A DNA stretch of 63,733 nucleotides, counting the filler. It is 9 parts of 9 records of this genome, joined end to end, with 100 filler letters (N's around TTAATTAATTAA, not from the genome) between each part and the next. Parts side by side here need not be neighbours in the genome. Positions count along the whole stretch, not along the records: positions 1 to 10,819 come from SRR7504441_6113; positions 10,920 to 20,980 come from SRR7504441_6120; positions 21,081 to 29,390 come from SRR7504441_6124; 6 more parts are not named here. One strand, written 5' to 3'. The position numbers and the translations under genes are program-made. This document shows, one piece after another, positions 10,417 to 21,161 of this stretch (within the stretch, counting starts at the first letter, position 1; each line of letters starts with the position of its first letter). Below the pieces are notes generated by a model. The model was not told the origin of the DNA and searched no databases. It was given only the letters and a program-made list of their open reading frames with translations.

Positions 10417-10540
10417 GCACGAGAAGCTTTTTGTCAACGATTCTTGTAGAACTTTAACACAGGACATAAAACCTGAGATAACAATTGTATACACTGTATA
10501 CACTGTACTGTGTATAGGTATACAATGTAGAGTGCTCATG

Positions 10541-10819
10541 CTATAACTTGTATCGCGGTTTGTCAGGCTCGGCCAAGCCTACGGTTTCTAACAAAGATCT
10601 ACCGAGCGCCGAGCCCCTACTGCTACCTCTACTTCCACGCTTGCGGGCACTACATCGGCAGAAGAGCATCTTGCACTGCTCACAGCGCCTGTCCGGCATG
10701 GTCAGGCAGGGCACACACTGCCTGCTGGGCACCCGCTCGGCGCCAGCTGTGTGGACATGCGGAACTCGCCAAGCGAGGGGCTCGCGGGCGGGGGACTAGG
10801 GTACACCGGGCCTACTTTC
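10541..10819 (-). CDS. 3' end of an unknown gene (truncated by the contig edge)
   Basis: An open frame from the contig end joins RCEQCKMLFCRC...PRYKL* through a GT-AG intron of about 44 nt. Confidence 0.4.
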
Positions 10820-10919
10820 NNNNNNNNNNNNNNNNNNNNNNNNNNNNNNNNNNNNNNNNNNNNTTAATTAATTAANNNNNNNNNNNNNNNNNNNNNNNNN
10901 NNNNNNNNNNNNNNNNNNN
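10820..10919. other. Artificial contig linker N44-TTAATTAATTAA-N44
   Basis: The same 100-nt spacer, with stops in all six frames, occurs eight times. Confidence 0.97.
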
Positions 10920-13168
10920 CCACGATCACCCTTGAGACCATTACGACCACCAACGCCTTGCGGACCAGGAGCACCAGGATCACCCTTCTGTCCCTGCTTA
11001 CCCATCTCTCCACGCTCGCCACGAGGTCCCATTGGCCCAGTCGGACCGCCAGCCCTAGGTCCAGCAGCACCACGGCTGCCCTTTGGACCTTGGATGCCCT
11101 GGGGACCCTGAGGTCCGGTAGCACCGCCGCCGCGCGGACCCTTGGGACCACGGTTGCCAGTGTCACCCTTGGGACCTTGGATACCCTGCTGACCACGGGG
11201 ACCAGTGCGTCCTTCAGCTCCCTTCTCGCCCTTGAGACCCTGCGGCCCGGGGGGTCCAGCAACACCACGGACGCCTTGGGGGCCACGGTCGCCACGAGGT
11301 CCCTTCACACCAGCCTCTCCGTTCTTGCCGTTCTTGCCAGACTGGCCAGCGACACCGGGAGGACCGGCAGGTCCGATGGGACCAGGGTCACCCTTCACGC
11401 CTTGGGGTCCAGGATTGCCCTTGACACCAGTTGGGCCCTGCTTTCCTTCGACGCCCTGGGGCCCGGTCTTGCCGCGAAGACCGATGGGACCAGCCGGACC
11501 AGTCGCTCCAGGGGGGCCGCGCATGCCAGCAGGGCCTTGTTCGCCTTGCTTGCCTCGCAGACCGACTGGACCAGCAGCGCCAACCGGACCAAAGGGTCCT
11601 TGCTTACCCATCGGCCCAAGGCTGCCAGGAATACCAGGAAGACCTTGAATACCCATTTTGCCAGTCTTACCAGAGTCGCCACGCAGACCTTGCATACCAC
11701 GAGGGCCCATCAGACCAGGTGCTCCACGAACTCCAGTGTCTCCCTTCATACCACGCTCGCCTCCAGGGCCGGGGGGACCAGTCGGACCCTTGTCGCCTTG
11801 CGGACCCTTGTCACCAGACGGACCCTTGGGACCGAGAGGACCGGTAAGTCCAGGAACACCAGGATCGCCCTTGTCGCCCTTGGGACCCTTGAGACCCATG
11901 CGACCAGTAGCACCAATAGCTCCGGGTTCGCCCTTCGGTCCGATGGGACCGCGCTCGCCGACGGGACCACGTGGACCAGGCTCGCCTTGCTCGCCCTTGG
12001 GACCACGATCTCCAGCAATGCCAGGACGACCCTCAGCGCCTGTGTCTCCCTTGTCGCCCTTGTTACCACGAGGACCAGTGTCGCCAGGAGGACCACGAGC
12101 ACCAACCGGGCCCTGATCTCCCTTGGGACCGGCCGGACCAGCTGGGCCCGGCTTTCCGTTGTTGCCATCTTCGCCCTTGGGGCCACGCGGACCCATCATG
12201 CCGACAGGACCAGCAGGACCAGCGTCTCCCTTGTCACCCTTGGGACCAGTAAGACCGGGAGGACCGCGAAGAGTGCTAGGCCGCCCGTTCTCACCAGGAT
12301 CACCAGCCATACCACGGTCGCCCTTGGGACCGGGAGGACCAGCATCACCACGGGGCCCCTTGGGACCAGCCTGGCCGTTCAGCCCATTGACACCGTCTTT
12401 GCCTGAGGATGCCGCGGGCCTGTTTGCGACAGACAAGAGCTTCGTCACCATAGCGCTATCCGAGATTTTGCTAAGCTCTCCAGCATTCTTTGCAAGACCA
12501 CCAAGGTTGGTGGCAGCTGCGCTTGAGCTCATGCCAGAAAGCAAGACCTGCAGGGCAAAATAGACGTGAGCAGTGTGTCGTTCGCGCAGAACCGAGCGCC
12601 GCATGCACGCGATGGGCACCCATGCATGTCGACAGCTAACTAGAGGGCAAACAGCACAGATTTGGCAAGCTTATCTCAAGCTATCTCGACTGGGGTGGAT
12701 GGCACCTTGAGCTTTTGCGAGTTCTCCGGGCTCATTAGATATTGGAGGTTTGACAGATCAGTAGGGGCGCCCATGCTTTCACCGACATCGCCGTGCTTCT
12801 CCAGTCCTGCGGGCATCCGGCTCAGCACAGGTGTGCGCGGGTAGCAGAGCAGAGGCGGGAAAGGGGGGTTGCGAGGTGGGTCAGCCGAGGCTGAGCGACG
12901 AGGGGTCTACAATCACTCGGGAGGCCACTCGGTTGCCCGTCCCTCACTGCGCGCGGGTCGCACGGCGGACAGGGACACGGCCTGGCTCCCAAGCCGAAGA
13001 TGAGCTGTGGGGGGTGGGCAACCCGCCGATTGCACGGGTGGGAAGGGGAGGACGGCGCGGGGTGGTGAGCTCACCAGTCGCTTCGGCGTCGCCCACGCCA
13101 AACACGGTCATGAACACCGCCACGGCCATCGCCAGTGCAATGCCCATAGGCACGCGCCGCTGCGCCAT
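10920..13168 (-). CDS. Secreted collagen-like protein with about 160 or more Gly-X-Y triplets (3'-truncated)
   Basis: Exon 1 (13168-13075) encodes a signal peptide. Introns 12807-13074 and 12548-12705 splice in frame. The Gly-X-Y run goes from about 12403 to the contig end. Confidence 0.85.
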
Positions 13169-13501
13169 TGCCTCACCAAGATTGATGATCTTGATCTCGA
13201 TCTAGGGGGGGGGGGTCTCGAAAGCTGAAAAAAAAGAGTGCGGCCAGGGAGCGACGGAGCGACTTGAGCAGCGCAGAGGCAGCCGGATGCTCCAGTCTTT
13301 TGCCAGCACGCGAGCGTGCCTTCTAGTGGGCACCTCGCAACACACGGCCCAACCAAGGTTCTGTGCACAATTGATGTCATGTTTGCATCGCCGCCGCATG
13401 GCCTCGTATCGCCCATGATCGCCCGTGTTAGACCTCGGACCGTACGAACTCGTACTGCTACTGACCGGCGAAGGCGCGGCAGCGATTGATTGCAAAAGAA
13501 G

Positions 13502-14487
13502 ATGGCTCTGCGTGCTCGGCCAATCAACACAGAGTCGCCGTGCCGGACCCCGCTCAAGGAGGCTGCCGGGTGCGTCTCGCCCGCACCGTCCGCCCCGACC
13601 CCAGTTGCGCTCGGGCTGATTGCTTACGGCACCAGCAGATTCTCCGTGAGCACGCCGCAGAATGAGGAGGCGGCTCTCCAGAGGAAAGACGCCACGATCG
13701 CCGAGTTGCGAGAACGGTGACGTCCCCGCCGGGCCAGCCGAGCGAGCGGTGGGTGCCAGGCTGGAGGCCGAGCAGACAAGGCGAGAGCGGGCTGAGGACA
13801 AGCTTCGGTCCAACCAGGCCGAGGTGGCCAAGGCCCAGAGCCAAGTGTCCGAGCTCCAGGAGGAACTCAACCAGCTCCGACGCAGGGACGCGGTCGGCTG
13901 CTCTGGCCAGGGCGTTGTGTGACTGCGTTACGCAGGCGAGTGATCAGATCCTGGAGGAGACTCGCGAGCGGCTGGGCGTCACCGATCGGGCGATGGCGAG
14001 CATGCGGTCAGAGCTATTGGACGGGATGGACGCTCGCGAGCGGGCGGAGACGCTCCAGCTTCAGGTACCCACTGATCGCTCACGCAGACGGGCCGCTGAG
14101 CTCTGGCTGGTTTCTTTCTCAGATGGAAACGGAGAGGGCGGCTGTCGAAAAGATGCTAGAGGAGATGAACGTTGTTGAGCCAAAGCTTGGCGCGAGCGCT
14201 GCGGCCGGGGAGGAGCTGGAGGCGATGAAGAAACAGCTCCGACAGAAGGACGCGATAATCTACCAGCTGCGCAGGACTGTGGCGGAGGGCCGACGCAAGG
14301 TAGCTCTGCCCGTTTCGGGCCTGCGCTGACTCTTGCTCGATCGCAGGGGACTATCAGCTCAGTAGAGCCCGCAGAAGCGCCTGAGGAGCACGTCATCCAC
14401 ATCCCCGAGGGCTTCAACATGCCAGCGTTCCAGCCCACCCAGAGCGTGTTTGCCGTTAGACAAGTCGTTCACGCGCCGGTGGCATGA
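13502..14487 (+). CDS. Coiled-coil protein of unknown function; about 6 exons
   Basis: Five GT-AG introns join heptad-rich exons (LEAEQTRRERAEDKLR..., LEAMKKQLRQKDAIIYQLRR) in frame. Confidence 0.65.
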
Positions 14488-14778
14488 AACCACTCAGGCA
14501 AGATTCGTTGTGATTCAGCTCCACGTTTAGCTGGATTAGAACATGCATGCACGGTATGTGCTACACAAAGCCCTACGGCGTGTTGTAAACTATTGATGGT
14601 GATTCGACTTTTATGTTACAACTAATCACTTGTAAGCGCAGAGTTTTTGAACAAGTCCTTCAGAATCGTTTGGTAAAAGAATTGAGATCCTGCGCTCATG
14701 AATTGAAAGAGAGAACACAAAAGATACGTAGTTGCGCTGTTGCGCTTTTTTGCTTTTTTTGGCATTTTTTGTTTTTGC

Positions 14779-16341
14779 TCAGCTTCTTGTCCGATTGCCT
14801 GGCTTCTTGCTCGGAACCATGAAGTCCCACAGCTGAATCGAGTCCACAATCCGCGTCGAGTCCTCGCCTGCGACTTGCCTCAATTCGGGGAATTTCTCCT
14901 CCTCGCCATCCCTGCCAATGCTCAGCCTGGCGCCGCCAGGGATGGCTACTTATATCTGTGCGAGTAGAAGCACGAGGTCCCAAACGGGCAGACGCCCTCC
15001 CCGAAGTTGAAGTGCTTGCAAGGCTTTTGCCTCATGGCCTGTTTGTAATCCTCAATCACGATCATCTTCTCTTCCTCGTCCTCAATCCAGACGTTGCTCG
15101 GCACAACAAAGTACGAAACAGCCCGGCAGATAGGGCACGACCGCACCACCTCCGACTCGTCGCCGCCGCCTGCAGCAGGCTCGCCGGGTGCGGCCAGGCT
15201 TGAGACCTTGGCGCCACTTTCGGATGCACTCTAGACAGAAAGCGTGGTTGCAGCCCTCCAGCAGCCCAAACCGCCGACTTGCCACAGGCCTGTAACCCTG
15301 ATCAGCCCGGGCCCAGCCCGTGGCTCGACCTGTTGGCCCCGGTGACGTCCTCTAGGCAAACCGCACACTCCACACCGACGCTGCGCATCTCCTGGCCTTG
15401 CCTTCAGGCTGGGCTGTAGGCTGCATGGGCACCTTGCTTTTGGCAACATGCCTGCGATTGCGCGAGGCGCCACACTGGGCCAAATGCTCCTCCTGTTGCT
15501 TGCCGTCGGTCGGGTGAAGCGCGTTCTTGCCGCAGATAGGGCATGGGTCGCCATGCAGATATGGACAATTGGGCCGCTGGCAGCGACCCGCCTTGTCGAA
15601 CGGACAGAGCTTTTGGGCCATCGGGTTAGGCTGACAAGGCTGGCACTGCTCCTGAGGCGGCTCGGCCCACCCTTCTTCTACCCAGCCGTCCTCACCCCAC
15701 TGCTGCTCCTCCTCGCCCCATTGCTGTTCATCCTCGCCCCATTGCTGCTGCCCGTCATCGCCCCATTGTTGCTGCCCGTCACCACCCCATTGTTGCTGCC
15801 CGTCATCGCCCCACTGGCCCTGGTCGTACTGCCCATCGCCCCACTCCTGGTTCCCGTTGCCCACGCCGTATTGGGGTTCGCCCTCGCCGGTCCATTCCTC
15901 CTCCGGCCACTGCTCGCTCGGCCACTCCTCCTCCGCCTGCCAGTTGTCCGGCTCCTCCTCCTTCGGCGGCTCCTGGCTGATCGGCTGCGACCAGTTGTGC
16001 AGACGAGACACGTTGGCGTTCGGCTTGGTCTCCTGCCCCCCCCCGGTCCGCCGGTCGGCCCATGGCAGCTCGCACCCGCGGGGCCTGCGGGGGCGGCGGC
16101 TCCGGGGCTTTGGTGTCGGGGCGGATGTGGTCGTATCTACACTTGTCCCCGTAGGCGCAATGGCCGGCTAGGTAGTATTTGCACACCTGAAACCGAGGTC
16201 GGGGGGCAGGAGGGGGGGGCGCACCATATCGGGCTTGGACTCGGACAGTTCATGCGAGAAAGGGCAGGCGTCGCCCTTCTTGCACGCGCCATGCAGGTAG
16301 TACTTGCACTGCAACGCCTTGGTCCCTCCCTCCTCCCACAT
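14779..16341 (-). CDS. MKRN: Makorin-type RNA-binding RING E3 ligase with a WG-repeat insert
   Basis: C3H fingers (CKYYLHGACKKGDACPFSH), Cys-His motif (HGDPCPICGKNALHP), RING (CAVCLE...RRFGLLEGCNHAFCLECIRKWR...CPICR), last C3H finger (CPFGTSCFYSH) and LWDF tail; about 6 short introns. Confidence 0.92.
15665..15848 (-). repeat. 21-24-nt coding tandem repeat encoding QQQWG(D/G/E)DG units
   Basis: ccccattgytgctgcccgtcaycr-type units read directly on the + strand. Confidence 0.85.
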
Positions 16342-16463
16342 CCGGTTCAGCCCAGGGAGGTCATCCGTCCCAAAGAGCAGCTCAGCGGCGCGTGGTGTCC
16401 GTTGTAGATCTCGCCCAACGGACAAAACACAGACCAACTCACCCAACCCAAGGAAGGCGGCCA

Positions 16464-16808
16464 ATGCAAGCGGCATTGCGGCGGGCGGCCCTGTCCCGGC
16501 CGGCGCAGGTGCACACTCGGGGGAGGATATGGCGGGGGGAACTGAGCCGGGCGGGGCGCAGGCGGCGATGGCGCGTCAGGCCAGCTCGAGCGGCGGCGGG
16601 GGCTTTCACCCGCACGGGCCTGCTCCGGACTCTTGGCAGATGCGGGCGGCCACCAGCATGTCGACGATTATGTGGCTCTGGATCTTCTACCGGGGCTACC
16701 ATGACGGCAAGGCCCTACTGGTCCCCCCCCTCCCCCCCCCCTTTCGGCGGACGGTCCCTGACTGGGTGCGGGCAGGGGATTGAGCATCCCTGGGACGCCC
16801 ACCACTGA
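16464..16808 (+). CDS. NDUFB2: Complex I accessory subunit NDUFB2 (AGGG); 3 exons
   Basis: Presequence MQAALRRAALSRPAQ, then GGGGFH...MWLWIFYRGYHDG.ALLGIEHPWD after removing two introns. Confidence 0.8.
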   Translation: MQAALRRAALSRPAQVHTRGRIWRGELSRAGRRRRWRVRPARAAAGAFTRTGLLRTLGRCGRPPACRRLCGSGSSTGATMTARPYWSPPSPPPFGGRSLTGCGQGIEHPWDAHH

Positions 16809-17128
16809 CCACCGAAAACCAACGGAAACCCCGCCGTCTTCTTATGAGCGCCGGCGCGAGGAGCGGGTAGGGCCGTGCCATGCTTAGAATGGCGCCTTGT
16901 TCGCAACAAGTCTCGCGATTAATACTCTTGATTATTGCGCGGGCCGAGCGTCGTGATTCGTATCGCATACTTGGAGAGCTCGAGCTAGAGAGGTTTGCAA
17001 GCGGCGTCTATCATGAATCGATGTATCTAGCACACCGACTTGCTACCGGCGGCTTGAGCACTACATCGTATGGCATTGTATTAAATAAATTAAACATGCG
17101 AGTCGTAAGTAACTCGTAAGGCGAGTCG

Positions 17129-18714
17129 CTAGAGAATCTCCTCATTGTGCTCTTGCACGTGCTGCAACGTCCGCCATAGCGCCTCGCTCTGCTCCTGCAG
17201 CTTGCGCTGCCCCCCACAGCTCGGCGTTGGCACGGCCTGCCGACACCTCATTGTGCTGGGACTCCAATCGCAGAGTCTCCCACACAGAGGTCTTCAAATC
17301 ATGAACCTGCCACCCAGTCGAACCCGCCCTAACTGCGGGCACCTCAGTCTTAAACAGCTCCTCCCGCTGGTCGTTCATGTGCTTGAACGCGCCCACTTGC
17401 TGGGCCATGGTCTCTTTGCTGTCCTTATGCTCGTACAGCAGCTGCTCGTGCTTGGATGCCATGACCGAATTGTTCTGCTCCAACTGAGCCGACAGCTGCC
17501 CGAGCTCATCTGCCCCACCTCACTCCCCCCCCGGCACCCCATGACCTGCCAGCGCAGCGTTTGCTGCCTTGCTGTCCTTCTCAGCCGCCAGCCCCGCAGA
17601 GACAAGCTCGTCTATCTTCGCATCCACCGCCGGAAGCACTGCTACTCCCTCGGCCACAGCCTGCTGCAGCCGGCTGCATTCGCTCTCCAAACGGTCCAGA
17701 ATCTGCTGCTCGGCCGCCTCCCGCTCGCTCTGTGCCTGCTGAACAAAACCTGCCCACACTCATTAGCAGCCACAAGCATTGCGGCGCCTTCGGATCGCTT
17801 GAGCGCCTCCCGACACCATTTGGCCATCGCTGACTGGAATTTGCGCCCGGAGCTGGCCAGTCGCTCGTCCAGCATCCGCTCAAGCCTGGCTGCCTCAACG
17901 TGGGCCATCCTGCCCGCGAGCTGTTCCAGCTGCTCACTCACGCCCGGCTGCACTCCGCTGCCCTCCGTCTGCCGCCCAGCCGCAACCAGCCCGTCCACCC
18001 GCTCGGCCTCGCGGGCTATCCTTGCGTCCACCTCTGCCAGTAGTCTACGCTCATGCTCGTCCTGTCCCTCAACCTGGCCTCGCACTTTGCTCATTACTAT
18101 AGAGCAGCTGTCCATCCTATGCTCGAGTTCCCGGTCCAGTCGGCTGCTCTCACTCTCCATCCGAGCCTCCATCCGGGCCTCCAGTCGGTCCCGGGCCGCC
18201 TGGTGCTCCTCCAGCTGCCGGTCTACCTTTGCCATCTGGTACGGAACCCCGGCGATCCCCTCGGCCAGCGCATGCTCCAGCCGGGCGCTCTCGGCCCCAA
18301 TCTTGGCCTCCAGCCGCTTCTCGGCCTCCTGCCGCTCCTGTCGCTCCTTGAGCAGCCCCGCGTTGAACTTGTGGCTCAGCTGCTTGCCCACCCGCTGGAT
18401 GAGCTCCCTCTGCTCCCCGCCCGCTCCGTCTGCCCCTCAGGTTGAGCGGAGCCCAGCGGGCCGAGGCACCGCCGGAGGGTGGGCCGCTCCCCCCGCCGAG
18501 CTGCTGCTCGAGCTTGTGGATCCGGCGCGCGTTGGCCTGGATGAGCTCCTGCTGCTCCACGATCTGCCCCAGCGGCTCTGCCCGGGCGGCAGGCCGTGCT
18601 CACCAGCTTCTGGAGCCCAGCGAACTGGTCTGTGTACGACTGGGCTAGCTGACGCCCCACCGCCTGCTCTATCCCCTCGAGCACCGCCCCGTCCAGTCCC
18701 CCCTGCTCACCCAT
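17129..18714 (-). CDS. Coiled-coil protein of unknown function; multi-exon
   Basis: E/Q/R/L-rich exons joined by GT-AG introns of about 40 nt. Confidence 0.6.
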
Positions 18715-18742
18715 CCACCTGCTGTGCTGCCGTGTCCAGGCG

Positions 18743-19570
18743 ATGGACGAGTTGCTGCAGGAGCACCTTGCGGCCGGGCGGGTGTACGAGGCGCACCAAG
18801 TATACCGGACCCAGTTCTCGCGCAAGAAGAACCGCAAGAAGTATGACCAGGCCCGCGAGGGCGCGGTGGCCGGCTGCCTGCAGCTACTGGCGCTCGGAGA
18901 GGCCGACTGCGCCACTGACCTGGGCAAGCAGTTGGTCGAGATGTACACCGAGGCCAAGCTGCCCGCCGAGCCCGAGTGGCTCGACCCGTTAGTCCAAGTG
19001 CTCGCCGCCTATCCGCCGGGGCACGCCACGGCCCAGACCACGCTGGGCAAGCTCTGCATCCGATGGTCCGCCGCCAACGGAGACTTCGCCGAGGGAGCGC
19101 CGGAGCTGCACAACGCGCTCGCGGCGAGCCTGGCCGGGCAGGGCGAGTTTGGCCAGGCGCAGGGCCATTTTCTCAAGGGGGACCGGCCGGCGGAGCTGGG
19201 CAAGGTGCTGATGGCTTGGGCGAAGCAAGGGAACAACTCTGAGCTCGATCTGTTCGTGGCCCGGGCCGTGCTCGGGTACTTGGCGCTCAAGAACTGCCGA
19301 GACGCCAACCTGCTGTTCGCCGACCTCTCGGAGCAGGTGGGCGAGCTGAGTCCGCTGCTCAATTTCATCAAGTTTTTGCTGCTTTGCGTGACGAGAGACG
19401 CGGCGCCGCTTTTCGAGGAGCTGTGCCGGCGGTACAAGCCGTCGCTGGATCGGGACCCGGCGTTTGCGAGCTATTTGCAGGTGATAGGGAAGCTTTATTT
19501 TAATATTCAGCCACCGCAGAACCCTATGCAAGCCATGATGCAGAATCTAATGGGCGGGATGATGGGCTGA
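18743..19570 (+). CDS. GET4: Golgi-to-ER traffic protein 4 (GET4/TRC35)
   Basis: YEAHQ.YRT, G.PELH, ELDLFVARAVL.YL, PLLNFIKFLL, Y.PSL.RDP and IG..YF.I motifs. Confidence 0.92.
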   Translation: MDELLQEHLAAGRVYEAHQVYRTQFSRKKNRKKYDQAREGAVAGCLQLLALGEADCATDLGKQLVEMYTEAKLPAEPEWLDPLVQVLAAYPPGHATAQTTLGKLCIRWSAANGDFAEGAPELHNALAASLAGQGEFGQAQGHFLKGDRPAELGKVLMAWAKQGNNSELDLFVARAVLGYLALKNCRDANLLFADLSEQVGELSPLLNFIKFLLLCVTRDAAPLFEELCRRYKPSLDRDPAFASYLQVIGKLYFNIQPPQNPMQAMMQNLMGGMMG

Positions 19571-19788
19571 TCAACGCTCATTCCTGACGGATGTTAGATA
19601 GTTGTATCGCACATGCGGAGGCCGTTTTATTAAAAACACTGCTGTTCCTGTTATCAGTCTTGGATTTTCAAATTTTATTCTGGATAGGTCCGATTTTAAG
19701 ATCGAATCACAATGCCGATTCTACGTACGTATGTACGAGTATTCAGTTAATATTTGTTAATATCCGGGACTTATTTTGTGGCCAGCGC

Positions 19789-20550
19789 TTAGATTGTCTC
19801 GCAGGATGCGGCTACAGAGCTCAGCGTGGCCAGCAACGGCAGCGCCTGCGCCACCAGTTCCGGACTCTTGTAGCTGCTGTCTACGGATACTGGTTCTGGA
19901 CTGCCCGCAGACTCACCCTCATCGGGTCGCAGTTCTTCGACATTGGAGAACTCTGCGTGGAGAACCCTGCGACCGGCCTGACCAGAGAGAGCCTTCCGCG
20001 TCGGGTACTTGCCCTCGCTCATCGCCACCAAAGCGTGCTCCTTGACCGCCTCCGGCTTGCCGTCCAGTTGCTGGAGAAACCTCTGCCACTCCGTGGTCCG
20101 CCTACGGGCTAGTCGGGCTGTCCGTTGCTCGGGCGTCTCGGCCAGACGCTGCTCGCGCTCCCGGGCCCGCCGCTTGGCCAGTCTGTCCTCCCGTGACTGC
20201 CCGCCGGCCTCACGCTCCTTCCTCCGATTCTCCCGTTCCCTCTCGCGCCGAAGCTTGAGCCGGGCCGTATACAGCTGCGGGTCCTCAGCTCGCAGACGCT
20301 CGCGCGCCTGCCGGTCTCTAACCAGCCGGGCGTCGTCTGTGGGCCGGTACGGGGCCAGTTGGACGAGGACGGCCGGTGGCTGCGAGCTCAGATGCGGATA
20401 GCCCGGGAGCAGGAAGCCTACTGGCGGCGGATAGCTCATGACCACCGGCAGCGGGCACGGCCGCTTGGGCTGCGGGAGCGCACTCGGGCCGTCCTCGGGC
20501 GCGTGCCGGGCGACCAGCTTGCGCTTCTTGATGGGGAGCGAGCTCGCCAT
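19789..20550 (-). CDS. Hypothetical nuclear protein with an STPR-like basic helix
   Basis: NLS-like PIKKRK near the N-terminus; R/E-rich helix containing AETPEQRTARLARRR. Confidence 0.55.
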   Translation of the reverse strand: MASSLPIKKRKLVARHAPEDGPSALPQPKRPCPLPVVMSYPPPVGFLLPGYPHLSSQPPAVLVQLAPYRPTDDARLVRDRQARERLRAEDPQLYTARLKLRRERERENRRKEREAGGQSREDRLAKRRAREREQRLAETPEQRTARLARRRTTEWQRFLQQLDGKPEAVKEHALVAMSEGKYPTRKALSGQAGRRVLHAEFSNVEELRPDEGESAGSPEPVSVDSSYKSPELVAQALPLLATLSSVAASCETI

Positions 20551-20624
20551 GTTGTCGTACGAACACGGGCGGCCGCACGAACTCATCATCAAACTTGCGG
20601 TCGCACGAGAGCGGGGCAGCTGCA

Positions 20625-20980
20625 ATGAAGTGCACAGTGACCGGGCTGGTCCACAAGACCCGGCTGAACGGGCTGGCGGGTGAGGTGCTGGGGAAAGACC
20701 CGGGCGGCGCCGGCCGCTGGCTGGTGCGCATGCCGGACGGGAGCACGCACAGGCTCCGTGCGCGCAACGTGCAGGTCGAGGAGCCGGCGGGGGGCAGCCG
20801 CAAGAAGCGGAAGGGGGACGAGAAGCAGGCGAGCCGGGCCAAGAGGATCTGGCGGGAGGCGGCGCAGCTGGGCGACACGCACAGCACCACCTTCGCCAAC
20901 GGCTTTCACACGTACGACGTCGACCCTTTGGACCACGCCGAGACAGACACGCGGGCCTACGCGCACATCGTGCCTTTACT
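20625..20980 (+). CDS. N-terminus of a protein with an SH3-like module and a possible adenine-methyltransferase leader (3'-truncated)
   Basis: V.GL.....LNG..G.V....GRW.V module, then DPLDHAET..AY.HI.PL at the contig end. Confidence 0.45.
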
Positions 20981-21080
20981 NNNNNNNNNNNNNNNNNNNN
21001 NNNNNNNNNNNNNNNNNNNNNNNNTTAATTAATTAANNNNNNNNNNNNNNNNNNNNNNNNNNNNNNNNNNNNNNNNNNNN
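20981..21080. other. Artificial contig linker
   Basis: N44-TTAATTAATTAA-N44. Confidence 0.97.
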
Positions 21081-21161
21081 CGATTGGTCTACTACAGAGC
21101 CATCGAAGCAGCGGAACTCCTGAACAACCGCCAGGGTTATCTCGCCGCCACACACAGGGCC

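Noticed and set aside
10958-12563. Long plus-strand ORFs over the collagen, some with Gly-Pro periodicity
   Set aside because: Antisense shadows of repetitive Gly-X-Y codons.
17145-18992. 615-aa plus-strand ORF and similar long overlapping ORFs elsewhere
   Set aside because: Stop-poor antisense or alternative frames expected at high GC; no domain signal.
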